64,000 nucleotides of DNA from Chiloscyllium plagiosum (taxonomy: Eukaryota): NCBI RefSeq assembly GCF_004010195.1, contig NC_057719.1, positions 84,923,012 through 84,987,011 on the forward strand. Reading direction: 5' to 3'. The notes under the pieces are model-generated. The model had not been told where the DNA came from, made no database searches, and saw only the letters and a list, made by a program, of their open reading frames with translations. The position numbers were made by a program, and so were the translations under genes. Each line of letters opens with the position of its first letter. The first letter of the stretch is position 1. Below are positions 1-14,097 of the stretch, piece after piece.

Positions 1-159
1 GTAAAAGTACATGTGACAATAAATTTCTACTCTAGAGTCTCAAGTACAGCTCTTCTTTGTAGTGTCTTCTCTCTTACTGATCTGATCTGAGTGTATGGTT
101 TCCACAGACATGCTCTCTTGAGCTGCTTCTCCACCTCCCATTTGTTGATTGCATCAATG

Positions 160-380
160 TGGGGTTGGTTAGCTCAGTTGGCTGAACAGCCAGTTTGCAA
201 TGCAGAGCTAAAACTAAGACCATGGGTTCAATTCCTGCACTGGCTGAGGTTACCATGAAGATTGCACCTTCTCAATCTGTCTGCTCACCTGAGGTGTGGT
301 TGCCCTCAGGTTACGCCGCCACCAGTTGTCTCTCTCTCTAATGACCGAGCAGCCCTGTGGCCTGGTAAGACTATGGCAGA
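160..380 (+). mobile_element. tRNA-derived SINE (MetaSINE-like)
   Basis: A box (tagctcagttgg) and B box (ggttcaattcc) followed by the cctgagg...cctcagg hairpin core; second copy near 14235-14370. Confidence 0.65.
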
Positions 381-386
381 TCATAC

Positions 387-3300
387 TTTTTATCTTGATC
401 ACAAATTGAAGCCTGATATGAAGCACATGTTCCTTAAATTTATCACTTCCAGGCCAGTGAAAAAAAAGCTGTTCATCTGCAACATCACAAGGATTACCTG
501 TGAAAAAGAAAAGGTTATTTATCTTTAACAATGTGAAGCCTAATATCTTTCTTCCATGCACCTCTGGGATTATTTCCCTGTGAACCATTCTATATCTTTT
601 CCTTAAAACAAATTGTTCATGATCAGAATTTCCTTTCTCAACTTTAGTTTTCATTTGTCAAGTTTGTTTTAGTCACCCAAACTAAAAGCTTTCCTTCATT
701 ATTGCTTTCAAGTCCTTTGTAATCCAGTGTTTATTATTTGGTTAAATCACAGTTTGGACATGAAGCTGTTTGAAAAAGATCATATAATCCTTTATGATGC
801 ATGTAAATACTCTTTTAAAAAAGAATTTATGTCATCAAAGAATTTTTTTAAATCTTTAATGGCTTCATAATCCCAAACTTTAACCACTTTCCATCATGTT
901 TTACTTATTTGTTTCTGTCAGTATTTGGGGAACTATTACGATCTGAATCTTCAAATCCTGGTCAATTCAAACTCGATGTAAAGAATGGAACAGAGAAATT
1001 CATCCACTGTCTTCTCTCAAATTAGTTAGTTTGTCAACATACCTGGTGAAATGACCAGGGTACCCTTTTCAACAAAAATTTCTGTGAAATGTTGGTTTCA
1101 TACATTTACACCCCTTTATTTTTCAAAAGGATAATTTTACAGTGTTAATTAGTGGTTGGTACTGAGCTTCTGTTCTTGAGACATCTGTAACTTGTAAGAT
1201 TTGGTGCACTTAAAGAATCAACAAGTTTGTGTCCCCAGATATTTTGGTTATAAGACATTTGGTCTGAATTGTCATGCAGATATACAATTTTGTTGTGTAT
1301 TAAAATGATTGCTGTATGTGAAAGTGCGATGAGATGTTTCCAACTACAGGGAAATCAAAACTTTGGGTCATAAATATAAAAAAGTTACTGTTTGACCCAG
1401 TAGGGAATTTTGGAGAAAATTATTTTCACAGTGAATGGTGGCAAAGTAAATTTTGCTACCTCTGGGAACAGATGAGGAAAATAGTTTAGGTTTGCAATAA
1501 AATGCTGGCCAGCCAGCAACGCCTATGCCCCATGAGTGAATTTTTAAAAATGATAAATTTAAAGGCAAGCTGAATAAACACGCAAGTAAGAAAGGAACAG
1601 AATGATATAGTGAATGATGAGGAATTAGATAAGGAAGGCTGAGGTTGACACTGACACAGATTTGTTGGATTGAATGTGTTAATACCATGTAATATGTTGC
1701 GTTCTGGTTCCACAATTAAAAATCTCCCCTTCATATTATTAATTGGTAACTCTGAGGCCCCGATTAATAGAATTATAGATTTAAGACTAATATATCTTTA
1801 TTTGTTCTTGGTTCAACTTCATTTTTTGAAGGTTTAAGAGGGCCAATTTTAATTTTTTCACCATTTCACCTCCACACACCTTGCTAAAATGTCTGGCAGG
1901 AACAGTGTTGGCAGGGGTTACATTAGCAGTGTAAGTCTTCACACCACTCTCCTTATATGTTTCCAACATATTCCTGCATTTCCCCACCATTTTTACTGAC
2001 AATATTTCATAGGAATGGAGAAGGAACCCTCTACAAGTAGCAAGCGCCTACATTTCTACGTCATCTGCAACTATGTTGATACCATTGGACACAGAAGACG
2101 TTTTAACAATATGCCCAAATACAATCCACTAATACCTGACATTGGCATCAAGAATCCAAGTATATAGACCCACGAGGGGTTACAGTGATAAGGGTGTAGG
2201 GAAAGAAAGACTTGTTGTTACTGGGAAGGTCACGGAAGGAGCAGATAAGGTTGCTAGGTTTGCATAGTGTCTGAGAGCAGGGGAAGGAGACGAGTTAATA
2301 AGGGGTCATGTGGAGGTAATAAAAGTGATGGAGTTACTGGATGTCACTGAAGAGCTTCTGAAGGTTACATAGAGAGTGAGATAAGATCGGCTGGATGTTA
2401 CTGACGTTCAAATGAAACAAAGCTGGTGTTACTTAGGGACCACTGAGTGCGGGGAAAAGGGCTAAATGAACCAGTAAGATCTTCTGTTAAACCTGGTATA
2501 AGAATATAAGGAACTGAACAAGTTACACATTTGACAGGATATCAGACCCATTTCCAGTTGATTCCATCATTTTCTACCGAGATGTCATTGCATATCTTAC
2601 CACATGGTGGTGCTGTGCTACTAAAGAATGTGCTCTCCCCAGGTTTCGAGGCATAGTTTGGGAACAATTTGTTGGTCATGGTCCTGGTCTTAGTGTGATT
2701 CTTTACAAGAACTGAGACCTATACGGAGTAAACCAATGCTCAGCGTAGAATGCACAAATTAGGTTCTTCTCCACAGTTTGTTCAAAAATTGTCAATATTC
2801 TTCTATTTAAAAGTTGACAATTAAACAAGTTTTATAATAGATAGCCCTCTTTAAAAATAATTCTTACGTGGATGTATTATTGTTTAATAGGAGTTTCTGA
2901 TGGATCATTAAAGGGACCCTGATTGAGAGACTCCACTCTGTGTACAGAAATAATTACAGTGAATATTCTTTGGATGAAGGGCTTATGCCCGAAACGTCGA
3001 TTCTCCTGCTCCTCGGATGCTGCCTGGCCTGCTGTGCTTTTCCAGCACCACATTCTCGACTCTGATCTCCAGCATCTGGATTCCTCACTTTCTCCCAGTG
3101 AATATTCTGTATTATTTTAAAGTCTGGTATGGCAAAGGGAATCCAAATATCATTCAGTATGAAGAATGGGGTGGAGTCTACCTTACTGAAGTCCTTTGCT
3201 TAAACTGAATAAATGTCAACAATGTAAGATTGTGTAGCGTGTGGATGAAAACCATCCACAACCAATGTAAAGAGTTTTGAAATGGTAGCATGGGGGAAAC

Positions 3301-6300
3301 TGCCTCTACTGGCAGAAGAGTTCGTACCAATTACCAACAAAGAAAGAGTAAGATGAGAAGAAATACTTTAGGGAATGTTCCAGACAAGTTTGATCAGTGC
3401 TGCAACGTTTCACCTTGATGTAGAAGTCTACCTGAGAAAAAATATTTTACTATAAGTCTGTCAAGTGGTCGTCTGCATGTAGTATCCTCAAAGTTCTGCA
3501 GGAAAAACAGATGGTGCACCTTGTTAGATGTGCATCTTCCCACGATAAGATTGTCAAAGTTATTTTGCAGAATATCTCATCACTAGAACTTTCAAACAAA
3601 CAGTAAGGCATATCTTGGCTTGTGAGGAGAAAGTCTTTCCCCGTCAGATCCTTCTTGCACAGCCAAAGTCTCACCACATCTGCACCCTGACCTTGCGAAG
3701 ATTTAGGTGGGAAAGACTTTGTTGTTCACCTCCTTTTACAATCTGCCTTTGCAAAGAAGGCTCTGAAAGGAGATGCAGTAGCTTTTGTCAAAGCTCACCA
3801 CAAGGAGCTCTGTGATGCGAAGGGTCTGCGCTCTACAAGTTGTTCCTAGGGATGCACTCCAAAGCAAACATTAACCACTGCTAAAGAACCATTAACTCAA
3901 TGAAAGACACCATTTGGTCTGCCCAAATGTTGTTGGTCTTCCAGGGCAAGTGTTATGATGAAGTTTCATAATATGTTATTGTCTGAGAGCTTGGATTCTA
4001 ATTGGACAAATTATGTATGGCTAGACAATATGTTGAAGGTGTTAGCCCCCTGTGTTCTCTGTCTATGCCATGATGTTTAGATTGATTGTAATCTAAAAAG
4101 TGAGATGACAGAGTTTTACATGAATTCATGCAGTTTTTGAGCAAAGTACAATGTAACTTTGCAAGTACAAATTCACCCCACAAAAATATGTGTGTGCATG
4201 TGAGTCTTTGTATGTGTGTGTCTGTCTGTCTGGGTTGGGGGTTGTGAGTGTGAGAAAGTATGTGTGTGTGTGTAGTGAGTGTAGAGTGTCTTAAGTCTGT
4301 GAGGGGGTGCATGTGGGAGTGTGTGTGTCTGTAAGGGTGTGTGTGGGTGTCTGTGTGTCCGTGTATGTGTGTATAGGAGTGTGTGTGTGTGTGTATATAG
4401 TGCAATGGTCATCACCTGTAATGTTACATAAACCCAAGGTCCCAGCTGAGGCCTCCGCTATGGGTACCGAACTTAGCTATCAGCCTCTGCTCGGCCATAG
4501 AGACTCCAGCAATGGAGGTTACTGGCTGAGGTGACTCTTGGTAAGTAATTTGTTTTTTTGTGTTGAGAAGTAAATTTTAGATGCTCAACAACCAATGTCT
4601 TCTTGAACTGTCTTACCTGTCCATCTGCCTTCCCACCTATCCACTCCACTCTATCACCATCACAACCCCTCCCCCCCCCACCCCCACCCCCACCTTCATC
4701 TACCCATCTTCTAAGCTACCTTCCTCCCAGTCCCACCCCCCCTTCTATTTATTTCTCAGTCTCCTTGGGCCTCCCACATTCCTGATGAAGGGCTTATGCC
4801 TGAAATGTTAACTCCTTGAATACTGCCTGTGCTTTCCAGCACCACACTTTTTGACTCTGATCTCCAGCATCTGCAGTCCTCATTTTCTCCTAACTAATGT
4901 CTTAATAGACTACATTGGCAAGTGGCAGATGGTCATTGGCCACCACATCTCAGCCCTGGTGTTCCTATGAGGCCTGAAACTCCACATGCACCTTTTGACT
5001 TTTACACATATTATGGGTCATCCACTGCATTGGTTACCTCTTGCCTCAGTGTGCTCTGTCAGCCTTTTACCTCTTGCTGCACTGATATTTCTGTCATAAA
5101 GACCACAAAGCCCTTGCTCTCATTCAATTCTTTCATGTTCCTCATGGGTCAAGATGTTAAATATTTGGAGACAATTTTTAAGGGCTTTTTGTAGCCGAAG
5201 GGAAATTGATACAATCTTCATTGCTATACTAAAAGAAGAAAATAAATTATTAATTGCCAGTGTTTGGCTAGACCTCAATGTATGGAGAGGAAACATTGGA
5301 ATAAACAAGGTGGGAGAAGCCATTGCAAATAATGTCCTCCTGTTGACAAAATGTGCCTTGCATGGCTTCATTATAGCAAACAACCACTTCCACCAGCTAT
5401 ATAAAAAAACTATAGTGACATAGATAAAAGCATTGGCATCTCCTGGATTATGTCATTTTACAGATCAAAGACCTAAGGAACACTTGTTTCACTCAATCCA
5501 TGTAAGGGACAGATGCATGCTGTGATGATCAACTTATCTAATCAGTAATGAATATCTTTCTAGCGCCAAGAGATTACAAGATCCAAATGTCCAAAAGGAA
5601 GAAGATCAATGTCTCAGGCTTACAGCAGCCTGACTGAAGAGGGAAATCCCTTATGGAGGAAAATCTTCACACATCCAACTCCATTTGAGTCAGTGGAATC
5701 ACTTAAAGTCAGATGTATTACACTCTCGAATGCAGACCATTAGATTTGAGCACCATCAGAACCAGGACTGGATCAATAGAAACAATGCTGAAATATGTGA
5801 CCTCCTAGAACAAAAATGAGCAGCTCTCATTGCCTGGCAAAATAACCCAAGAAAGTAGCATCTCAACAGAGGCTGAATCCCAAAAACAAATCTGACAGAT
5901 AAAGGGCATGTGGTGAGAACAGATAGCTCAAGACGTTCAACAATATGCTGTTCATCATCGTATAAGATTTTTTTGTGTCACCAAGGGCATCAATTTCAAA
6001 TGGACAAAATCCCTTTTGCAAACAGCATGGTGTTCCTCTTAAGGATAGTAAAGCCATTCATATACTCTGGAAAGGAGAAATTTGAATAACTCCTCTGCCA
6101 TGAATCCTACTAACAGATGATAACTTACCATGCTATTCCCAGTACCATGTGTAGAATCCATGGATAGACTGTCACCAATGGGAAAGCTTCAACAAGCAAT
6201 CAGTTTGAAAAAAAATGCAACTAATCCTGCAGCCTTGAATGTTTTCCCGCTGAAATCTTTAAAGCAGGAGGATTTTTGTTCCTAGTGTGCAGTCCTTCTT

Positions 6301-9300
6301 ATAGAAGAAGGGCTTATGCCCTAAACATCGATTCTCCTGTTCCTCAGATGCTGCCTGGCTTGCTGTGTTTTTCCAGCACCACATTTTTCAACTGCAGTCT
6401 ATTTATTGTCGCTACACTCCTATATTGCTGTGAGATCTAGAAAATGTATCAGTAGTACATAAGAGCACTAGAGGTATTCCATTAGCATTGCCTCTGCCAA
6501 ATCTTCAGCATTCAATGGAACAACTATTAAGCAAAGACTATTAAGTATTCTTCTTAAGGCCAGTTCCACAAACAGAGGCAAACCTTGGCAAAATTATACT
6601 CCAATGGACAGTGTCAGGATAAAAACTGACGTCTTCTTCTCTCTCAAGTCGATTTCCTACACCTTGTGAGTGTAAATAAATTCTGTAAGACATTTCTATT
6701 CTATTTCTATTCAACACTATTGAATTTATTAGATAAATATCCACTCACTAACTAAATCTGGCTTGTTCCTCATTATTAAATCTAAGATGGTCTGACCTCT
6801 TGTTGGCTGTTGGACATATTGCTGCAGAAAGATGTCACAGTTACACTTTGAAAAAATTCACTACCTTTCTAACATGTAAAAAGTTAAAATCCGCTTTGTT
6901 TTTTATATAATTGTTTAATCCCTGCATTGATGCATTATACTACTTCACAGCCTCTAACAAGGGACCCACACATAATTCGCAAGTTTTAAATCCTTACACA
7001 TGACAACATTGCTATTGTCTATCCCTAATTGCCTTTGCCATTGTGGCTAATTCTAGCCATATAAAGTCTCAGTTGCTTGCTTACCTCTTGTAATATCCAG
7101 TATAATTATTGAAGTCATTTCATCCATAATCATCAGGTTATATTGCTCTCTTTACTATTTTTCCTGTTCTTTTTTCCCTATAGTTCTTATAATCTGTGCT
7201 ATGTGTCTGTTTGAGTGTCTGGGTATGTTACTATGTTTGAGCGTATATATGTGCACAGAAATTAAATATTTAGGATACTGAAGTCATCATTTTTGGTCCA
7301 GATCCAAACTTCTCTTCCTTGCTACTGATTCAATTCCTTTCTCTCTGAGCTGCTATCACACCTACTGATTCAAAACATATAACACCTACACACTGTGATT
7401 GTGGGATGTTAATGCTGTGACTGAGTTGAAGAACTATACAAAACCCAACAGGAAAACAAACTGCTTCTTGACCCATTGCCCATCCTCCCAGTGAGGACAA
7501 ATTTGATAAAATTCATCCTTGCACAGACACACATACATATTCACTCAAACTCAATACACCAAAGTAGAAAAATACATACAGACACTCATTCACACTTCAC
7601 ATATACATGCTTGCAAACATATATAATGTACAATTAAATGTATGCACATACATGTACAAATTCACACACAGGCACACTCACAGTTATGCCAATGCACAGA
7701 CACCTACATATACCAACATATTTGCACACCGTCTCCCACAGGCCTACATACTCATATTCATAGATTCTCACACAGCCTTAAATATACTCATACTTATACA
7801 CACACCTGAACTCACACTTACATATGTACTCACACAAATACATAAACAGAAATGCACATGCATACACCAACACACATACTAATGATTACACTAGCACTAC
7901 ACTAGTATGTCTGTGTATACCCACAGACATACATAGACACTCAGATTTGTCTGTACATGTGTACAGGGAAGTTACAAAATAATTTGCTACAGACTTTTGA
8001 GAAATGTTTCCACAACAAGTTTCTATTTTCTTTCTACTTGCCTTACTGTGTTTGTTTTTCCAAATTGTGAACATGATGTAAACCCCTTTTGGGGCCAAGA
8101 AGCAGTGGGAGCTGGACAACAAATCTTCTGATGGAATAAGCAGACAACCATGTCATCCCCAGAGAGAGAGAGATTGAAGCAATGATGGATGTGCCTATGT
8201 GCATTATTGCCAAATTGAAGAGAAGCTGGACTGTGTAAGGACAAGCGTGAAGATCAAGGCCATCAATCTTGTAACCCATCTCCAGCCTTGGCAAGTCTGT
8301 ACACATACATATCATCCATTTCTGCTGAACTCCAGTGCATTCTTAAACATTGTTTATTATCAGACTCCATATTATTTTTTAAAAGTTATTTTCTCCCCTG
8401 ATAACATTTTCCCAATTTGTAAATGGTGTTATGATCGCAGTTCAGATTCCAGAGTGAAAACTGGCTTGGTAGATCATACGGTGAAACTTTACAGTTGGTT
8501 ACCATTGCGGTTAGTCACTGAACATATTCACACAAGGCTTTCAATGTTCTTCCACACAAGAACTCAAGGTTATTATGTATAATGAAACAAAAACAAACAA
8601 AACTACATGTAAATCAGTTTAGAAAAATTTTAACATAAACAGCAAAGCAAACTTTCAACTTGTTTACTGGAAATATTTTTGGAATGATGGTCAATCTGAA
8701 AAAATATAATTCCTACATCGACTTTTTAATTCCTCACTGAACTGACTCATCTCGTTCTCCTTTTTGGACCACTGAAACACTATTGTTACTTCTTTCCAGT
8801 TATGATTTGAAAAATTCTAGACAACTATCAAGTTTGGAGACTTATAAACTAAAACCCTTCTGCTAGGGTGAAAATTGTTCTGAACTGAACTCCCAATTCC
8901 TCTGAACAGAAGTCAAAACGAGTTTAAAAAACTGTTTTCTCTGTTTGTCATAAACTCAGCTGTATAAACATTCCAACCACTAATACCACAGGTATATTGC
9001 TCAGCACTTGACAGAATCATATGCTTTCTTGAAAATGACATAATTAGGTCACTGTTCCAAATGACTTTCAACATTTAAGTTAGCCTCACAAAACTGAAAC
9101 CAAAATCTATCTTCCTCTACTTTAAAACCTAAATTCCAAAAATGATTATAATACCTCGTACATCTTTACTCATGTGGTGTATAATGTCCCCCAGCAGTAA
9201 CTTCAACTGTCGCGTGAGAGATGTTCCAAAAATTCTCTTCCATCCCCGCATGGACATATCAGTTTTCTACTTAGCAACTTCCTGTTGTGATGTATCTGGA

Positions 9301-9773
9301 GATCAGGGATTCCTTCGTATTGTGGATAGTTGCTCTGGATCACCACTCTGTTTCCACTTCAACTCATTGTGTCTTTTCCACTTAATTTCTTGTACTTCTT
9401 TTAAATCAATCTTACACTGCATTTTACGGTGCAGTTCACAGGAAGGATCAGCCCTGAATGAAAGAAGAGAGCATCTCCTATTTGCTTGTTTCACAACCAT
9501 CTACTGAATGGTTTGATGCAGCAGCCCAGGTTGACTGAAAGTGGGTTTCCCAGGAGAATTCCCACAGCACTGCTTGGTACCATTCCCTCAATAGTACCAT
9601 ACAATACCATTGTATTGAGATAGCTGAGGTTTGGACCTGATCATTGGTGAAATCACTTGAGTTGACCACAGGCTGCAATGCAATTTCTTTCTTTTGTTTG
9701 GTCAGTTTGTTTGTGCTCACAAAGATGGTGGCTGTTAATTCTGGGACTGCCCAAGCAGTAACAATAAATACAT
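387..9773 (-). CDS. Candidate unannotated multi-exon gene with C2-domain-like segments (possibly CCDC33-like); exons 9773-9608, 9453-9416, 8230-8047, 6682-6631, 3495-3451, 2718-2601, 1081-1043, 497-387
   Basis: Eight AG/GT-bounded segments in non-repeat DNA join in phase (1-2, 2-1, 1-2, 2-0, 0-0, 0-1, 1-1, 1-1) with no stop. Several acceptors are strong; some donors are weak and were hand-picked. The model runs off the window start. Confidence 0.45.
2970..3095 (+). mobile_element. Penelope-like terminal repeat fragment with 13-bp TSD
   Basis: Flanked by CAGTGAATATTCT at 2957-2969 and 3096-3108; the same repeat terminates the GIY-YIG element at 53272-54361. Confidence 0.8.
3300..3950 (+). mobile_element. 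Degraded L1/Tx1-like ORF2 3' fragment
   Basis: Recalled similarity to shark Tx1-like 3' regions, clearest at about 3560-3950; boundaries approximate. Confidence 0.35.
4188..4395. repeat. Degenerate (TG)n tract
   Basis: Directly visible; produces the spurious HT-rich ORFs. Confidence 0.9.
4601..4891 (+). mobile_element. Penelope-like 3' end and terminal repeat
   Basis: C-rich tract plus ctgatgaagggcttatgcc repeat, similar to 54110-54360; near-TSD aaccaatgtctt/aactaatgtctt. Confidence 0.75.
5090..6290 (+). mobile_element. Highly degraded RTE-type LINE (endonuclease/linker region)
   Basis: Remnant peptide ...WRGNIGINKVGEAIANNVLLLTKCALHGFIIANNHF typical of RTE endonuclease; many stops. Confidence 0.65.
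7525..7940. repeat. Degenerate (CA)n/(CATA)n low-complexity tract
   Basis: Directly visible. Confidence 0.85.
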
Positions 9774-9974
9774 CTAAGGTGGAACTGATCAGGGTGGGGA
9801 GAAAGTTACCTTCAAAACTGTGCTGATCCAAACCAAATCCTTAAAACCAGGTAACTAAATAGGTGTGAATCCATTTCTCTAACATTAACACCAATGACAG
9901 CAGGTTTGTTAGTACTCTTCCTGTCTCTGTTGATCTCCCACCATCACTGTATAGATTCTGTCACTATTGATTTA

Positions 9975-10604
9975 TGTCATAATCCTGTGTCCTTTCACTT
10001 ACATAACTGGTTTCTGTTGTATGTGTACCTTGTCTTTAAGAGGGTTTATCTTTAAGGTCTCCATGTGCTATGTGCATGCACCGACTATTTGTCAATTACG
10101 GCTGAAAATGTGTTGCTGGAAAAGCGCAGCAGGTCAGGCAGCATCCAAGGAACAGGAGAATCGACGTTTCAGGCATAAGCCCTTCTTCAGGAATGAAGAA
10201 AGTGACTCCAGCAGGCTAAGATAAAAGGTAGGGAGGACGGACTTGGGGGAGGGGCTTTGGAAATGCGATATGGTGGAGTGGGAGGGGGAGTTAAAGTGTT
10301 GGGCTACGGGGTGGTTGGGTTGGTTGGTCCGGGTGTCCCAGAGGTGTTCTCTGAAACGTTCCGCAAGTAGGCGGCTTGTCTCCCCAATATAGAGGAGGCC
10401 ACATCGGGTGCAGCGGATGCAGTAAATGATGTGTGTGGAGGTGCAGGTGAATTTGTCAACTATTTGTCAATTAGTCTGCTGTGGTTCCACAAGCTGCATA
10501 GAAACGAGATGTTTTGCTGTAATATCTACTTCATAACTTATACGTGTTTTATGTAAACTAACCTATTGAGTTAAACAATCTTTGATGAGCAGTTGATTAT
10601 GACA
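9975..10604. mobile_element. Putative LTR interrupted by a Penelope insertion
   Basis: Inverted termini TGTCATAAT (9975) and ATTATGACA (10604); no TSD seen; may be followed by decayed internal sequence. Confidence 0.4.
10099..10458. mobile_element. Penelope-like fragment with 15-bp TSD
   Basis: ACTATTTGTCAATTA at 10084-10098 and 10459-10473; contains an inverted terminal repeat and minus-strand GIY-YIG remnant (CGLLYIGET). Confidence 0.85.
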
Positions 10605-13600
10605 CCATTATTATTAACATGACATGGTAAACAGTGCTGGAATATTTTGCTGATGAGGGCTATTATGCTTAAACAGTTGGCAAGTTAGGAGAACATGACA
10701 ACTGCAGATGCTGGCGATCAGAGTCAAAGAGTGCGGTGCTGGAAAAGTACAGCCAGTCAGGCAGCATCTGAGGAACAGGAGAATTGACGTTTCAAGCATA
10801 AGCTCTTCATAAGGATACAGCTGGTCAACAGTCTTAAAACATGCTAAAGTACATGAGATAACCCTTGGTATCTTTGTTCACTACTGTGTTGGACAGTGTT
10901 GAAAACTCAGTTTGCTAGTTAGCAGACAAATCCTTATTGAGATGTCAATTTAACTGACTCGAAAGTGAGAAATAATGGGTGTGTATACTAAATTGATAGC
11001 AAACAAGGGAAGCTTAAAGTTATATTGTTCAAATGTCCACAAAATTCTCTAGTTTAAATCGGGATAATGTAGACCTCTTAACAAACTTTAAAATGTTTAA
11101 ACAGCATTCAGAATTATGCTCTGATTTGCTTGTGTCTGTTGAAGAAACGAGAGCTATTAAGATTTACTTAACAATTGGGACTAAAGGCATACAATAGGTC
11201 TAAAACATCAGAATTAACAGCTGAAGAGCTAAATGATCCCCATAAAAATATGTACTGCATTAGAAGGCCTATTCAGAGTCAGATTAAACTTCTGTATTAA
11301 TTGAATAAAATTCATGCCACCTGAACAGAAGTTGACAGAACCCAACCACTCTGAGCAGATACAGAAAAAAATGACTCATTATGTAATTTTTCAAATCGAG
11401 AGCTAGCAAACAGAATTGAGTTGGTGATTGCATTCACCCCACAGAAGCTTTTCAGAATGTTTTGCTGGAAACTGAAGACTTATAGCAAAGAGCTATTAAA
11501 GGTCAGATGTACGAAGTGATCCCTGCAGATCAATGAAGCTTACAGGCCCTAAGTACAAACTCAATGGTTGTCACAATTGTTACTGCACCTAAACCTAGCA
11601 AGAAGTCCAGAAGATTCGGCCTTCTACATGCACCCAAAAAATAGCCAGCTTTCAATCCATTTTTTTCAAGGCATGTGGCAGAAAAGGCGGCGCACTGAAG
11701 CAAAGGCTGAGACAGCTCCAAAGAGCTGACTCAAACCGATCACACACAGGAGATCATCAAGCTGCAATAAAGACCATCTGGTATCCCAACGGAGGAGTAT
11801 ATATGAAGTGATCAACAAACTAGAATCTGACAGTGCACACAACGGGACAAAGAAGGCGAACACATGTTCAATCTCACAATAAACATCAATGTCATCACAC
11901 TCTCTAAGGTTTGCAAAAATTCAAATTATCTGTCTTAAGAAAACTGGTGACTTTATTATTGTATAATACTGACAATACATTAACCCTGCAAATTCTAGAC
12001 AGCTTCTTGCCACAGATACGGAAAGCTGTGATAAAATCTACATAATACAGGATATAAGAGTTAGCCAACTCCAAGTGCATGCACAACTGTGTTAGGGGAC
12101 ACAAGTACAATCAGATGTTGTTCTACATGATAAACAACTTTAGACCAACAAATGCAGGTAGACCATTGCAGATGATGGGCTAACTGAATCAGCCCATCAT
12201 CAGAAACACACAGAAACTGCAGCAGATTGTTCAAGAAACATTTGCAGATATAAGTATCAAAGAAGAAAAGAACTTCTTTTTTAATTGGTAGAATAAAAGT
12301 CTTGCTCTCTGCTGTGGGGAGAAAGGTGAAAATTAAATAGGAAAAGGCTGAACTACTAGCTCAGATTAAATTCAAACTTGAGAATACTAGCTCTGGAATG
12401 ATCAAGTCTTTAGTGGGATATCTCTGCTCAGCTCACAAAGGTGAATAAAGAGTTGAAAGGAAAAGAAAAGCAGGATTGACCAATTTCTGTGTGTCATAAA
12501 TCCAGTGAAAGATTACTGGTTTACAGGAAAATCTGGAGTAACTCAGATGTCAAAGGCATAAAGAAAGTAGGACATAGAGGAAGCTAAACAATCAGTGAAG
12601 CAGCAAGTGGAAAAGATCCAGGTTTCAAAGAAAGGAAAAGAAGTTGTAAAGACTGGACAGTTATTAGAACAGGTTATGAAGGAGACGGTTATATACAGAC
12701 TCAACAGAAGGCTAAACCTTTGATAGAATTAGAAGAATCTAGGGTGTAAAACCAGTAGCTTTAAAATGAGCTGAAAGTTTTGAAGGAACAAAACAGTAAA
12801 TGCTAAAATGATTTGAACCACTTGTTTAAGGAATGCAATTAGCCACTAGCTAATCTGGAACAAAACTTGGCTGTACAATATCAGGAGAAGTAAATTCTGG
12901 AACAGCAACTGCAGTCCATGAAATAAAAACTTGGCATCAGTAACAGAAAACAGACAATATCACTGATGACTGGAAATCAACAGCATCTCCAGGACACAGT
13001 TGCCATCATGAGATCTGGAAATACCAGCAAATTACCCATACATTATATAGACTCATAGGCTCATGTCTAATTTAATCATTTTTTTCAATAATCACTCATT
13101 TTGACTTGATTATGTAAGTGAATAATTAAATTATATTCTGTTTTGTTGTGGTTAGCTTTAATCAGTTTTGTAGAGAGAAAATACAGCCCAGGTCAAAAGA
13201 AAAGTAATTGGTTTATGGTTGTTATATGGCTCAATCTAAAATAAACTTAGGCTAACAAATTGAAAATGCAAAAAGGTTTTTACTCAGAACACACTGTGCA
13301 TTTTAGAATGATTTAGCTTTTTATGGTTATTTTGAACTTTGCTAACCTTGCTTTATAATCTCAGTATTTGTATCAATAATTATTATGGAATCACATAGGG
13401 TTTTTTTGTTAAGGGAAATTGGTAAGTTTAGGAGAACATTCAGATAAAACAATTGGGACATTTGGGATTATAGTTAATTACCAGGAAAGTGACACTACAT
13501 ATTATAAACAGTTACATAAATTATTCACTGGTACCACCTGATTGAGGTAAAGATCTATAGACAAAATAAAAGGGATGACCTTACAAAATAATTTGTATAT

Positions 13601-13901
13601 CAAAGAATGAATCAGGAGATGGTAGAAAATGAGGTCACTAAACTGACCATTACTTTTAAAGAATTGGAAATGACTATTTAACCAATTCAAAATTGACCAT
13701 TAACTGTTCATGCACAAGTAAACCAATTACAGTTTAGAATATGAGTGATCACACACAAGGTGGAACGGTTAAGGATTGCTTGGTGGTTTGATGCACAAGT
13801 AGTAAAATCAAAGACAGAAAGACGTTTAGTAAACAGAGCAAAATACTGAAAGAAGATAGTGTCCTAAAGAAGATAGACTGTACAGCACTACTTTAATTAA
13901 G

Positions 13902-14097
13902 TACAGATCGTTCTACTATAACGTGCAAATTCACTTTAACGTGATTGATGAATTGGGGACACTGTTTCTAAAGCGCAAACTTTTAAAATGTGTTAGCTGT
14001 AGTGTGATCACATCACCAGCACTTTAAGTGTTATTTCTAAAGCATGATTTTTCTATAACATGGGGTTGCACAAGAAAACAGCCAGTTATAAACTGTA
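13902..14097. mobile_element. Possible Tc1/mariner (Tigger-like) MITE
   Basis: TA-CAG...CTG-TA ends with partial inverted tataac/gttata; about 190 bp. Confidence 0.35.

Noticed and set aside
160..240. tRNA-like A and B boxes (also at 31700-31781)
   Set aside because: These are SINE heads followed by SINE bodies, with no complete cloverleaf.
3998..4534. His/Thr-rich and Val/Cys-rich ORFs
   Set aside because: Translations of the (TG)n tract.
9156..9258. Possible first coding exon MSMRGWKRIFGT...DVR with a phase-1 donor
   Set aside because: The donor is weak and lies at the edge of an LTR-like block; the 9773/9453 exons give a more coherent C2-like product. Kept only as an alternative.
10625..13900. 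Possible decayed Gypsy/ERV internal region
   Set aside because: Purine-rich and coding-like, but I could not recover a diagnostic gag or pol motif.
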